The notes below the pieces were generated by a model. It worked only from the letters and a program-made list of their open reading frames with translations. It did no database searches and was not told where the DNA came from. Below, piece by piece: positions 9,549 through 18,774 of a stretch of DNA of 64,000 nt. How positions within the stretch are numbered: the stretch's first letter is position 1; each line of letters starts with the position of its first letter. The stretch comes from a candidate division Zixibacteria bacterium SM23_73_3 (GTDB lineage Bacteria; Zixibacteria; MSB-5A5; SM1-73). Location: the NCBI GenBank assembly GCA_001304155.1, contig LJUX01000001.1:324-64323 (forward strand). The letters run 5' to 3'. The translations under genes and the position numbers were made by a program.

Positions 9549-9902
9549 ATGGCTTCGCCCCAACAGATAAAACATGGCAAGAAACTAAATGCCACAGATT
9601 CGGAGCAGAAAGTAAAAACCAAGAGAAAGGTGAAAGTCACAGGAGCCCCCCGAAAGCCAAAAACGACGGGGGATGTAAAGCCAATTTCGAAATATAAAGA
9701 ATGGAAATTGTTGTATACACCTTATCCGTTCAAAACTGCCAAAGACAACTCTTCTCCCATGACAGGATCACGGGTTGGGTTCAGTGCTGAGGAAAAAGAT
9801 TTGGACAAATACAAGGGGCTGTGCAGGAATTGCAAGAAACAAAAAACCTGCAAGCTTCCAAAACCAGAGGGGGGGGTCTGGCGGTGTGAGGATTACGAGT
9901 AG
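9549..9902 (+). CDS. Small Lys-rich protein with a C-terminal Cys cluster (CRNCKKQKTCK...RCEDYE), hypothetical. Probable target of the sigma-54 promoter
   Basis: AAGGAGG lies 11 nt upstream of the ATG at 9549. The longer ORF-track start at 9468 would swallow the promoter. Confidence 0.45.
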   Translation: MASPQQIKHGKKLNATDSEQKVKTKRKVKVTGAPRKPKTTGDVKPISKYKEWKLLYTPYPFKTAKDNSSPMTGSRVGFSAEEKDLDKYKGLCRNCKKQKTCKLPKPEGGVWRCEDYE

Positions 9903-10060
9903 AATGATTAACCCAATGTCATCATCTCCGAGATACTCGTTTTGAAAGCATTAGTGCTTGATGGAAAAATAAAGTGTTAAAAGGCAAGATTAACTGATAA
10001 GACGTATCGAAAACCGTGCCCTCTGACGTGGGGCAGACACAGAACATGAAGGAGGTAAAC

Positions 10061-11380
10061 ATGAAAGCGTCTCCCGCAGACATAGACCGCACTCGCGGTC
10101 TCGAAGAGAGAACCGAGAGGAAACAAGCGAGTGTGTATGATAATGTAACCAGGCAATTCGACAAAGCTGCAGATTTAGTCAAGCTCGACCCAAACATCCG
10201 CAAGATTCTGGCGATGACAACCAACGAGATTATAGTTAATTTCCCCGTAAAGATGGACGATGGTCGGATCGAAATGTTCACTGGCTATCGCGTGCAACAC
10301 AACAGTGCGCTGGGGCCCTTCAAGGGAGGACTTCGTTTCCATCCGGCAGTCGACATTGACGAGGTGCGGGCACTGGCAACCTGGATGACCTGGAAGTCGG
10401 CCATAACCAATATCCCATTTGGCGGAGCCAAGGGAGGAATCCAATTGGATCCCTTCAAGTATAGCTACAGCGAGCTGGAGCGGATCACCCGCCGCTTTAC
10501 CTTTGCTCTGGGCAACAACATCGGCCCAGAGTACGACATTCCAGCGCCGGACGTGAACACCACCCCCCAGATCATGGCTTGGATTCTGGACACTTATCTT
10601 TCGACCATGCCCCCGCACGAACGACAGCGTTGTACCCATGTGGTTACCGGCAAGCCCATAGAATCGGGTGGTAGCTTGGGAAGGGATAAAGCAACCGGAC
10701 AGGGCGTGGTATTCACCATCGAAGAGTGGGCCAAGGATAATGGTTTTGAGTTGAGAGGCGCCACCTACACGGTCCAGGGATTCGGAAACGTGGGCTCCTG
10801 GGCCGCTCGTTTGATGAATCAACACGGGTCTAAACTCATCGCTGTTGAGGACGTCAGTGGAGCGATTTCCAACCCAGATGGTATCGACCCGGATGACGCG
10901 GTCGAGTATGCTTCAAAGAACAAAGGCCTCATCTCCGGTTATCCGAAAGCCAAGCCGATCGATCGCAAAACTCTCCTCCAAACACAGGCTGATATCTTTA
11001 TCCCTGCCGCGTTGGAAAACCAGATAACTGCAGATACAGCGCCACTGTTGAAGGTCAAACTTGTGGCTGAAGGAGCCAATGGCCCCACTGATCCGGACGG
11101 TGACCGGGTTCTGCAGCAGAGAGGGATTGATGTAATTCCCGATATCTTGTGCAACGCCGGCGGCGTGATCGTGAGCTACTTCGAATGGCTCCAGAACAAG
11201 CGAAGCGAATTCTGGGAGCTTGAAGAGGTAGACTGCAAACTGCATAAGAAGATAGTGAGTGCCTACGCACGGGTACGTGATACTGCCAAAAAGTTCAACA
11301 CTGATTGGCGCACGGCAGCCTATATTGTGGCCCTGTCGTGTCTGGAGAGAGTCTACAAGGAGCGCGGAATTTTCCCGTAA
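10061..11380 (+). CDS. gdhA: Glutamate dehydrogenase (Glu/Leu/Phe/Val dehydrogenase family)
   Basis: Catalytic PFGGAKGG motif, GFGNVG dinucleotide fold, RBS aaggagg before the ATG at 10061. Confidence 0.85.
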   Translation: MKASPADIDRTRGLEERTERKQASVYDNVTRQFDKAADLVKLDPNIRKILAMTTNEIIVNFPVKMDDGRIEMFTGYRVQHNSALGPFKGGLRFHPAVDIDEVRALATWMTWKSAITNIPFGGAKGGIQLDPFKYSYSELERITRRFTFALGNNIGPEYDIPAPDVNTTPQIMAWILDTYLSTMPPHERQRCTHVVTGKPIESGGSLGRDKATGQGVVFTIEEWAKDNGFELRGATYTVQGFGNVGSWAARLMNQHGSKLIAVEDVSGAISNPDGIDPDDAVEYASKNKGLISGYPKAKPIDRKTLLQTQADIFIPAALENQITADTAPLLKVKLVAEGANGPTDPDGDRVLQQRGIDVIPDILCNAGGVIVSYFEWLQNKRSEFWELEEVDCKLHKKIVSAYARVRDTAKKFNTDWRTAAYIVALSCLERVYKERGIFP

Positions 11381-11405
11381 TGAGAAACTCTTGCATTTAG
11401 AAGGG

Positions 11406-11441
11406 AAGTCTTTTCCAGCCATTGAATGCTGGAAAAGACTT
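11406..11441. terminator. Hairpin shared by the convergent gdhA and rfbD genes (14-bp stem aagtcttttccagc/gctggaaaagactt, 8-nt loop)
   Basis: Perfect inverted repeat in the 160-bp convergent intergenic region. Confidence 0.55.
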
Positions 11442-11543
11442 CTTGCCTTTAGATGCTTTCTGCTCAGCTAATGTAGCTCAGTCACCAAAGGCTGCCCCTA
11501 ATCTTGCTGTGTTAGGTAATTCTACTTGGGGCCGCAACTTCCC

Positions 11544-12467
11544 TTATAAAATCTCCTTCTCTTTCTGGCTTTGCTTTGCCTGATCCAATCCCTCTTCTAT
11601 GTTTAACAATTTAGTCTGCAAAGCCTTTTGCGCCTTCTCCGTTTTCAACCCCCCGCGGGAAGGCCTTTTTGCCTTCTGGTTTAAAAATTCCGTCTTGGTG
11701 GCAGAAATATTTGCTTTGTCGAACTCGAACTTATCCGCGACCTTGAGAGCGAAGTCGTAGCGTGAGAGATATTCTGCTCCACCGATGTGAAACATTCCTG
11801 ACATGTCTTTCTGCACCATCTCCAATATGCACTCAGATAGATTGTCCGCCAGGGTAGGGTTGTTAAGCTGGTCGTTGACGATTTCGAGCTTCACACCAGC
11901 GGAAAGCTTTTCTATAAGCCAAAGCAAAAAATTCTTCTTTACTTTTTTCCCGAATCCATAAAGAACATTGGTCCGCACGATCAGAAAATCGATCTCACTT
12001 TGCTTTATCACGTTTTCGCTTTCCAGTTTGGTTTTTCCATAAAAGCTTACCGGATGGGGGAGATCGTCCTCGGAATAAGGTCCCTTCTCCCCGTCGAATA
12101 TGTAATCTGTGGACAGGTGAACCAGCTTGATTTTGTGCTCCCGGCATACTCCCACCAGATTCCTCACTCCACCCACGTTGACCGCCCAGGCTTGATCTCT
12201 GTTGATCTCACATCCATCCACGTCCGTGTAAGCGGCGGCATTCAGGATTACCTCCGGATTATAAAATCGGACATGAAACTCAAGTGCCCTGCCGTCGGTT
12301 AGATCGAAGTTCTCATAGGAAAGATTTGGAAAGGAGACGAAGTTCTCTGGATGCAGGTCTGTGGCGATGACTTTGTAAGATGAGGAAAAATGCCCACAGA
12401 GCTTCTGTCCTAAAAGTCCGTTTGCCCCGGTGATCAAAATTGTTTCAATGGATCCTGCGCACTTCAC
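11544..12467 (-). CDS. rfbD: dTDP-4-dehydrorhamnose reductase
   Basis: ILITGANGLLG Rossmann start and RmlD-like length; C-terminal Lys-rich tail. Confidence 0.7.
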   Translation of the reverse strand: MKCAGSIETILITGANGLLGQKLCGHFSSSYKVIATDLHPENFVSFPNLSYENFDLTDGRALEFHVRFYNPEVILNAAAYTDVDGCEINRDQAWAVNVGGVRNLVGVCREHKIKLVHLSTDYIFDGEKGPYSEDDLPHPVSFYGKTKLESENVIKQSEIDFLIVRTNVLYGFGKKVKKNFLLWLIEKLSAGVKLEIVNDQLNNPTLADNLSECILEMVQKDMSGMFHIGGAEYLSRYDFALKVADKFEFDKANISATKTEFLNQKAKRPSRGGLKTEKAQKALQTKLLNIEEGLDQAKQSQKEKEIL

Positions 12468-12661
12468 ATTTTTTCCCTCAGGATAAATCCTTATAGCTTC
12501 TCTTGTTTGTCGTTGGCGAAACTGGTAACGAAGCTCGATAATCGATTCTCGAAGCTTGAATTTTTTTATCTTTTACGAATTTTCCAGCTTCCTTCATCGA
12601 GCATCCAGCTTTGAAACCAGCATCGCCACCATTAAGCGAGTCTCGAAAAACCATTCTTCCT

Positions 12662-13678
12662 TTAGGATGATTCTCTCTGGAGATAGTGCTTCTCGTAATA
12701 TTTTAAGTATTCCCCACTCTTTATCTTCTGCCACCACCCCTGATGGGAAACATACCAGTTAACGGTTTTGGAGATTCCCTCTTCAAACGGAGTGTCCGGC
12801 TTCCAGCCCAGTTCAGCTCCTATCTTGGAGCAGTCCAGAGAATATCTGCGATCGTGAGCTGGCCTGTCCTTGACATGTTTGACCAGCGATTTGGATCTGT
12901 TCAATTCCTTTAAGATCAAATCGGTGATTTCCAAGTTGGTCTTCTCGTTTTTTCCGCCGATATTGTAAATCTCCCCCACCTTGTCCTGATGCAGAACTGT
13001 ATCTAAAGCTTTGCAATGATCCTCCACATAGATCCAATCCCGCACATAAAGCCCATCCCCATAAATTGGCAGGGAAAGGTCTTGGAGGGCATTGGTGATG
13101 AAAAGGGGAATAAGTTTCTCCGGAAATTGATAGGGGCCATAATTGTTGGTGCACCGGGTGATAATGGCGGGCAGACGAAAAGTCTCAAAATATGAACGAA
13201 CTAACAGATCAGCCGAGGCTTTGGAAGCAGAATAAGGGCTGTTAGGCAAAAGAGAGGAGGATTCGACAGAAGAACCTTCTTTTCCCAGACTTCCATATAC
13301 TTCGTCTGTGGAAATCTGGATGAATTTGTCTATCTTGAATTTCAGGGCAGATTCAAGCAGAACCTGTGTTCCCAAAACGTTGGTTTTTACGAATATCCCC
13401 GGATCGTAGATGGATCTGTCCACGTGGCTTTCGGCGGCAAAGTGAACGATAGCATCCACACCGTCACCAACTATCCGATTCACCAACTCAAAGTTGCAAA
13501 TGTCTCCTTTGAAAAATTGATAATTAGAATGGTTTTCAATATCCGAAAGGTTGTCCAGATTTCCGGCATAGGTGAGTTTGTCTAAATTTACGATGTGGTA
13601 GTTGGGATACTTAAGGAGGATATATCTAATGAAATTTGATCCGATGAACCCCGCCCCCCCGGTGACTAAAATCTTCAT
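12662..13678 (-). CDS. rfbB: dTDP-glucose 4,6-dehydratase
   Basis: MKILVTGGAGFIGSNF, YxxxK and typical RmlB length. Confidence 0.85.
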   Translation of the reverse strand: MKILVTGGAGFIGSNFIRYILLKYPNYHIVNLDKLTYAGNLDNLSDIENHSNYQFFKGDICNFELVNRIVGDGVDAIVHFAAESHVDRSIYDPGIFVKTNVLGTQVLLESALKFKIDKFIQISTDEVYGSLGKEGSSVESSSLLPNSPYSASKASADLLVRSYFETFRLPAIITRCTNNYGPYQFPEKLIPLFITNALQDLSLPIYGDGLYVRDWIYVEDHCKALDTVLHQDKVGEIYNIGGKNEKTNLEITDLILKELNRSKSLVKHVKDRPAHDRRYSLDCSKIGAELGWKPDTPFEEGISKTVNWYVSHQGWWQKIKSGEYLKYYEKHYLQRESS

Positions 13679-14067
13679 ATCTTTGTCTTTTTTTTCACAA
13701 ACGTAATTAAATTTTTTACATCTTCAAGTGCCTGATAGATTTCTTTTGAAGTGTATTCTATTGCATAGCCTATTGGGTAACGGCTTTCAAAATAAAAACG
13801 AGTGATTTTTCGAAACGAGGGGATAAACGCCAAAAAAGCTTTATCAAATTTCGAACACTCTCTTAGCAATTTGTCTAAATTATGAATTTTCTCCAACTCC
13901 CACCCATTGGAGATTAAAAATCCTTTAAGATATTTTTCCGCCGCCTGTTGAATGAAGTATGCTACGTAATCTAAAGGTCGATCATTTTTCAACAGGAACA
14001 CGGCTTGGTTTAAGTCTTGATCTGCTTTGCCAAACCATTCCTGAACTACTTTTGAGTTGTTAGCCAT
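13675..14067 (-). CDS. HEPN domain protein (toxin of the HEPN/MNT pair)
   Basis: PF05168-like pattern ...EKIHNLDKLL... and overlapping co-orientation with the MNT gene. Confidence 0.6.
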   Translation of the reverse strand: MANNSKVVQEWFGKADQDLNQAVFLLKNDRPLDYVAYFIQQAAEKYLKGFLISNGWELEKIHNLDKLLRECSKFDKAFLAFIPSFRKITRFYFESRYPIGYAIEYTSKEIYQALEDVKNLITFVKKKTKI

Positions 14068-14389
14068 ATAAGATCTTCCCTTTTTTGAGGATCTTTTTGA
14101 CGAAAGGATCGCCGATCTTCAGTCTTTGGGAAACCTCGCCCGGAGTGTATACCCACGGTTCAATGGCGAAAATCCAGCTCTCTTCATCCAGAATCTTTGC
14201 GACCCTAACTGATCGATCGATGTGTCTTTCTCGGGTTTCTTTTATGATGAATAAATCTATGTCGCTGTGTTTGGTTGGCCTACCCCAAGCGAATGAACCA
14301 AAGAGAATAATTTTATCTGGCTGGTATTCTCTTTTAATTTTCTCCACTATTCTGTTGATTATTTCTTTGCTTTTTCCTTCCTTCGCCAC
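14060..14389 (-). CDS. Minimal nucleotidyltransferase (MNT antitoxin partner of HEPN)
   Basis: LFGSFAWGRPTKHSDIDL nucleotidyltransferase motif (GS...D.D). Confidence 0.7.
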   Translation of the reverse strand: MAKEGKSKEIINRIVEKIKREYQPDKIILFGSFAWGRPTKHSDIDLFIIKETRERHIDRSVRVAKILDEESWIFAIEPWVYTPGEVSQRLKIGDPFVKKILKKGKILYG

Positions 14390-14395
14390 TTTTCT

Positions 14396-14851
14396 CTATC
14401 CGTCCTTTCTCTCCCAGTCATAGGGGATATCATTATTATGAGGATCGACCCGGAATTCATCCGGTTGTTGGTAATTGTAGACTTCGGTGGGTATGTTAAT
14501 GCAGATGGCTTCCTGTTGGCTTATACACTTGAGACCATGCAGAACCTGAGGGGGTATCTTTACCAGCAGAGGATTATGTTCTCCCAAGAAGAATTCATTT
14601 ACTTCCCCTTTGGTGGGGGAATCGTCCCGATTATCATACAACACCAGTTTGATCATCCCCTTCACCACGGCGAAATGGTCGGTCTGTTTTTTGTGATAAT
14701 GCCAGCCTTTCACCACTCCCGGGTAGGCGGTGGTCATGTAGACCTGCCCGAATTTGGAAAACAGTTCATCATCTGCTCGGAGGATCTCCATCAGGTGTCC
14801 TCGCTCATCTGGAATCACTCTAAGATTTTTGGTTACCACTCCATGAATCAT
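14396..14851 (-). CDS. rfbC: dTDP-4-dehydrorhamnose 3,5-epimerase (short cupin type)
   Basis: RmlC-like cupin with a central His-containing motif; sits in the rfb operon. Confidence 0.65.
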   Translation of the reverse strand: MIHGVVTKNLRVIPDERGHLMEILRADDELFSKFGQVYMTTAYPGVVKGWHYHKKQTDHFAVVKGMIKLVLYDNRDDSPTKGEVNEFFLGEHNPLLVKIPPQVLHGLKCISQQEAICINIPTEVYNYQQPDEFRVDPHNNDIPYDWERKDG

Positions 14852-15042
14852 TTTTCAGGTCTCCAAGTAAGGCTGGTGTGTGGAATACAACCCGTGAATA
14901 GAAGAAGTGAATTATGAACAAAAGCTTTAGTTTGTTTCTTGTATTTCCCTACTTACCAAGCCATAAAGGCTTGGCTACGGAAATCAAATAATATTCATAA
15001 AGTCGATAGACTGAAAAGATACACCAAATTACAAAACCTTTG

Positions 15043-15777
15043 TCACAGATTCCTCTTGTTGGCCCCTCCCTGTGCCACCAGGGTGCTGGTCCGGAGGAGC
15101 GACTCGAAGGTACCAGCGTCAGACCACCACCCTTCTAGAATCTCATAAGTCATCTTTCCTTCTCTAATATATGCGTTGCTTACGTCGGTGATCTCCAATT
15201 CTCCCCTGTCGGAGGGCTTTAGAGTTCTTATTATGTCAAACACTTTAGCATCATACATATAGATTCCGATCACCGCATACTTGGATTTGGGAACTTTAGG
15301 CTTTTCCTCAATTCTCACGATCTTCCCATCCACAATCTCCGGCACACCGAATCTCTCCGGGTCGGGCACCTCCTTCAAAAGAATCTTGGCTCCCTCCTTT
15401 TGCTTACGAAAGTCTTTTACTGCCTCGGCTACGTGTCCCTCGATTATGTTATCTCCTAGGACCACCACCAATTTTTCGTAATCGGAGAAGTGCTCTGTCA
15501 ACCCCAACGCCTCGGCGATTCCTCCCTCACCCTCCTGATAGGTGTAATTTAAGTGTTTTAGACCAAACTCCTTGCCGTTGCCCAAAAGCCTTAAAAAATC
15601 TCCAGCGTGATTTCCGCCGGTAACTATCAGGATGTCATCAATCCCTGCATTGATTAAAGTTTGCAGGGGATAGAAGATCATTGGCTTGTCGTATACCGGA
15701 AGGAGATGTTTGTTGGTGATCTTGGTCAAAGGATAAAGTCTTTTGCCCAATCCACCTGCCAATATCACCCCTTTCAT
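15043..15777 (-). CDS. rfbA: Glucose-1-phosphate thymidylyltransferase-like sugar nucleotidyltransferase
   Basis: MKGVILAGGLGKRLYPLT nucleotidyltransferase signature. Start trimmed to MKGVIL. Confidence 0.7.
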   Translation of the reverse strand: MKGVILAGGLGKRLYPLTKITNKHLLPVYDKPMIFYPLQTLINAGIDDILIVTGGNHAGDFLRLLGNGKEFGLKHLNYTYQEGEGGIAEALGLTEHFSDYEKLVVVLGDNIIEGHVAEAVKDFRKQKEGAKILLKEVPDPERFGVPEIVDGKIVRIEEKPKVPKSKYAVIGIYMYDAKVFDIIRTLKPSDRGELEITDVSNAYIREGKMTYEILEGWWSDAGTFESLLRTSTLVAQGGANKRNL

Positions 15778-16163
15778 GATCCTATATACCAATCTCCTTT
15801 CTCGTATCTTACGGGCATGGAGACCACCCGGGTCCAGTTATTCTTCTCGCTACGGATGATCATCGATACCATGGCTCTGTTTTTTGGATCATTCTCTGGA
15901 ATAAGTATTTGCTCAAACTCAATGATCATGTCGGTGGTATCCTTGAACTCCTGTTTATCGAAATTGCTTAAGAAAAACTCCGTATTTTCGCTGTCTTTCA
16001 AATCCCTGTCCAGAAGTTTTTCTGCCTCCTCTACTTGATCTATTGCCATCAGATACAAAAATCGGGTTATCCTTTCTTTGGCTCTCTCCTCGGTCTTGTT
16101 TTTATCGCTGTAACAACTAAAAAGAAGCAGAGAAACTAAAAAAAATATCCATCTGTGTTTCAT
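15774..16163 (-). CDS. Lipoprotein, hypothetical
   Basis: Signal peptide with lipobox LFSC. Confidence 0.45.
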   Translation of the reverse strand: MKHRWIFFLVSLLLFSCYSDKNKTEERAKERITRFLYLMAIDQVEEAEKLLDRDLKDSENTEFFLSNFDKQEFKDTTDMIIEFEQILIPENDPKNRAMVSMIIRSEKNNWTRVVSMPVRYEKGDWYIGS

Positions 16164-16342
16164 TCTTACTCTCCTCTAATTTCCTCTGCAAGATTAATTA
16201 TGGGCTAAGATATTACCGAAAAAGCTTAGGGTTTAAGGCGGATCAATTCCCGCCCCCATGCCTGGGGTGCAAACATTTGTGTTTGCCTGGATAGGACTTT
16301 TTCAACTTCTCTAAGGAGTTAAACGATTTTTCCTTTGGTCTT

Positions 16343-17089
16343 CTATTTCTGCTCCTTTTTCTTCTCTTCCTTTCCACCTTCTGTGGATTGTTTCTCTGCT
16401 CTGGTCTCCTTGCCCTTTTCCTCTTTTTTCTCTTCTTTCTTCTCCTCTTCTTTCTCCTCCTCCTTCTTCTCGGTTATCACCTCTGGCTCCTCCTCAGCGA
16501 CTGCGGGAGCGACCTCAGCCTCCTTGAATACGGTAGGAGGAACTACGGTGACGATAGAGCTTTGTGGATCAGAAAGTATCTCAGCGTTTTCCACCTTGAC
16601 ATCTGTCACATGAATGGAGTCCCCGATCTTCAGATTGCTTACTTCCACCTCGATCTTCTCCGGAATGGCGGTGGGCAAGCATTCTACCTCCAGTTCTCTT
16701 AACACGTGCTGAAGGATTCCACCGTCCTTCACCCCTTCCGGAGTCCCCGTCAGATGAATGGGAACCTGAATGGAGAGCTTCTTGGTTAAGGATATCTCAT
16801 GGAAATCCACGTGGACGATGTCTCCTCTGACCGGATCTCTTTGAATCTCCCGGATCAGCACCTTCCGCCCCCCATTCTTCTGATCACCCATGCTTAAAGT
16901 GATCAAAACGTTTTCTCCCAGCCCCTCTCTTAAGAGTGCATGGAAAGATTTGTTCTCTATCTCCAAAGGTAGAGAGGGAGTTTTCTGACCATATACCACC
17001 GCGGGTACATAACCATTTCTTCTCAGCTTCTTAGCATGTTCTTTCCCCACCTTCTTCCGGGGTCTTACTTTTAACACAATCTCTTTCAT
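16343..17089 (-). CDS. rplY: 50S ribosomal protein L25 / general stress protein Ctc, with a long E/K-rich low-complexity C-terminal tail
   Basis: RKKVGKEHAKKLRRNGYVPAVVYG L25 signature. Confidence 0.8.
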   Translation of the reverse strand: MKEIVLKVRPRKKVGKEHAKKLRRNGYVPAVVYGQKTPSLPLEIENKSFHALLREGLGENVLITLSMGDQKNGGRKVLIREIQRDPVRGDIVHVDFHEISLTKKLSIQVPIHLTGTPEGVKDGGILQHVLRELEVECLPTAIPEKIEVEVSNLKIGDSIHVTDVKVENAEILSDPQSSIVTVVPPTVFKEAEVAPAVAEEEPEVITEKKEEEKEEEKKEEKKEEKGKETRAEKQSTEGGKEEKKKEQK

Positions 17090-17110
17090 AATATCTCTCT
17101 CCTCAGTGGC

Positions 17111-18046
17111 TCAGTACTCAAAAAGGGAACTTACCGATTCCCCCATATGAATGCGTTTTATGGCTTCTCCAAATATTTTGCTTACGGATGCAATCTCGTA
17201 TTTGCTTGAAAGTTTTTCGTTTCCCTGATCTATGGTGTCTGAAACCACCACTTTTTTTAGGGGGGATTTCTCGATCAACTCCAAAGACCTTCCTGACAGC
17301 ACCGCATGGGTACAGCAGGCATAAATCTCTCTGGCTCCCTGTTTGACTAAAAAATCTGCCGCCTGGGTTAAGGTTCCAGCAGTGTCCACGATATCATCCC
17401 GGATGATAACATTTTTGCCTTCCACCTCACCGATCACATTCAAAATCTCCACCTGGTTGGCAACATGTCTTTTCTTATCCAGCACCGCAAACGGCATGGA
17501 GAGTTTCTTGGCGAAGTTTCGCACCATCTTTATGCTTCCCAAATCGGCCAACACCACCCAATCATCTGGTTTAAAACCAGCACAAAAGTCATAAAATACC
17601 GGATTGGCGAAAAGATGATCTAAGGGAATGTCAAAGAAGCCCTGAATCTGAACCGCATGCAGATCCATGGTCAATACCCTGTCTGCCCCTGATGCCGCTA
17701 TCAGATTGGCTACCAGCTTGGAGGTGATGGGAACCCGGGGCTGATCCTTTCTGTCCTGACGGGCGTAGGCGTAATAAGGGATCACTGCGCTGATTCTCTC
17801 CGCCGAGGCTCTCCTGGCAGCATCGATAATCACCAGAAGCTCCAGCAGATTCTCTGCCGGGGGGTTGGTGGATTGTATTATGAAGACGTCCGTTCCGCGG
17901 ATGTTCTCATTTATCTTAACCGAGATCTCCTGGTCGGAAAATCTTTTTATCTCGGCATCACACAGGGGAATTTTTAAATAACTGCTTATCTTCTGGGCTA
18001 AGGGTCTATTCGAATTCCCACTTATAAGCTTTATCTTTTCATTCAT
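17111..18046 (-). CDS. prs: Ribose-phosphate pyrophosphokinase
   Basis: N-terminal KLISGNSNRPLAQKI and a PRPP-binding loop. Confidence 0.85.
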   Translation of the reverse strand: MNEKIKLISGNSNRPLAQKISSYLKIPLCDAEIKRFSDQEISVKINENIRGTDVFIIQSTNPPAENLLELLVIIDAARRASAERISAVIPYYAYARQDRKDQPRVPITSKLVANLIAASGADRVLTMDLHAVQIQGFFDIPLDHLFANPVFYDFCAGFKPDDWVVLADLGSIKMVRNFAKKLSMPFAVLDKKRHVANQVEILNVIGEVEGKNVIIRDDIVDTAGTLTQAADFLVKQGAREIYACCTHAVLSGRSLELIEKSPLKKVVVSDTIDQGNEKLSSKYEIASVSKIFGEAIKRIHMGESVSSLFEY

Positions 18047-18095
18047 AATCTATGAACCATAGGCTGTGAACTATGAACAGTGAACCGTCTTTATG

Positions 18096-18166
18096 CTGGG
18101 GCGCCAGGATTCGAACCTGGGATCCAAGATCCAAAGTCTTGTGTCTTACCACTTGACGACGCCCCA
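18096..18166 (-). tRNA. tRNA-Gln (anticodon UUG); CCA end not encoded
   Basis: Cloverleaf derived by hand from the reverse complement: acceptor stem UGGGGCG/CGCCCCA, anticodon loop CUUUGGA, T-loop GGTTCGAATCC. Near-identical to canonical bacterial tRNA-Gln. Confidence 0.85.
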
Positions 18167-18294
18167 GAAAAAGTGCAGAAAAAAACGATCCACCCCTTTG
18201 CTGTGAACCATAGGACTCACAGCTCTGGCAGAAACCTCAAAAGGTTTCCCCAATAGACGTGATCGAATAAGATGATTGAGGTCAAATGGAAAAT

Positions 18295-18603
18295 TTATTC
18301 GTCTGGTTGCTCGGTGTCGATTGGTTGCTCGGCGCCGCCAGCCTCCTTGGCTTTCAGCTCATTCTCATAAGCCGCCAGCACCTTATCCTCAATCATTCGA
18401 CGCATCTCGTTGTTTATGGGATGCGCTATGTCCTGATGGGTTCCGTTTTTTCTTTTCCGGCTGGGCATGGATACAAAATATCCCTTGGTGCCGTTTATAA
18501 CCTTCAAACCCCGAATCACAAAGGAGTCGTCGAAGGTAACGTTGACAAACGCCTTCAGCTTCGCCTCATCCCTTAACGTGATCCTTACCTCGGAGATTTC
18601 CAC
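18295..18603 (-). CDS. spoVG: Septation protein SpoVG
   Basis: VEISEVRITLRDEAKLKAFVNVTFDDSFVIRGLKVING signature. GTG start with AGGAGG RBS; the ORF-track N-terminal extension is rejected. Confidence 0.8.
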   Translation of the reverse strand: MEISEVRITLRDEAKLKAFVNVTFDDSFVIRGLKVINGTKGYFVSMPSRKRKNGTHQDIAHPINNEMRRMIEDKVLAAYENELKAKEAGGAEQPIDTEQPDE

Positions 18604-18774
18604 TGTACTTTCCTCCTGAGTTGAAATGATTGGTGAACGGTTAACAGCTGATGACTCACTTGCCTCTGGCTTAAAGGCATTTGCCTTCTGCCAGAAGCAA
18701 AAAGGACTCATCCGCTCCCTTTAGGACGAACTTTCTTCTATGTTTGCCTCAGGGATGGATTCATCCTGAAGGAC

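Noticed and set aside
10175-10825. A 216-aa minus-strand ORF inside gdhA. Similar antisense ORFs lie in the HK, lon, relA and rplY regions.
   Set aside because: Each is fully embedded antisense to a strongly supported gene, with no motif and no RBS.
18295-18711. A 36-aa N-terminal extension on SpoVG
   Set aside because: The SpoVG family begins at the VEISEVRI segment. A GTG with an AGGAGG RBS sits exactly there.
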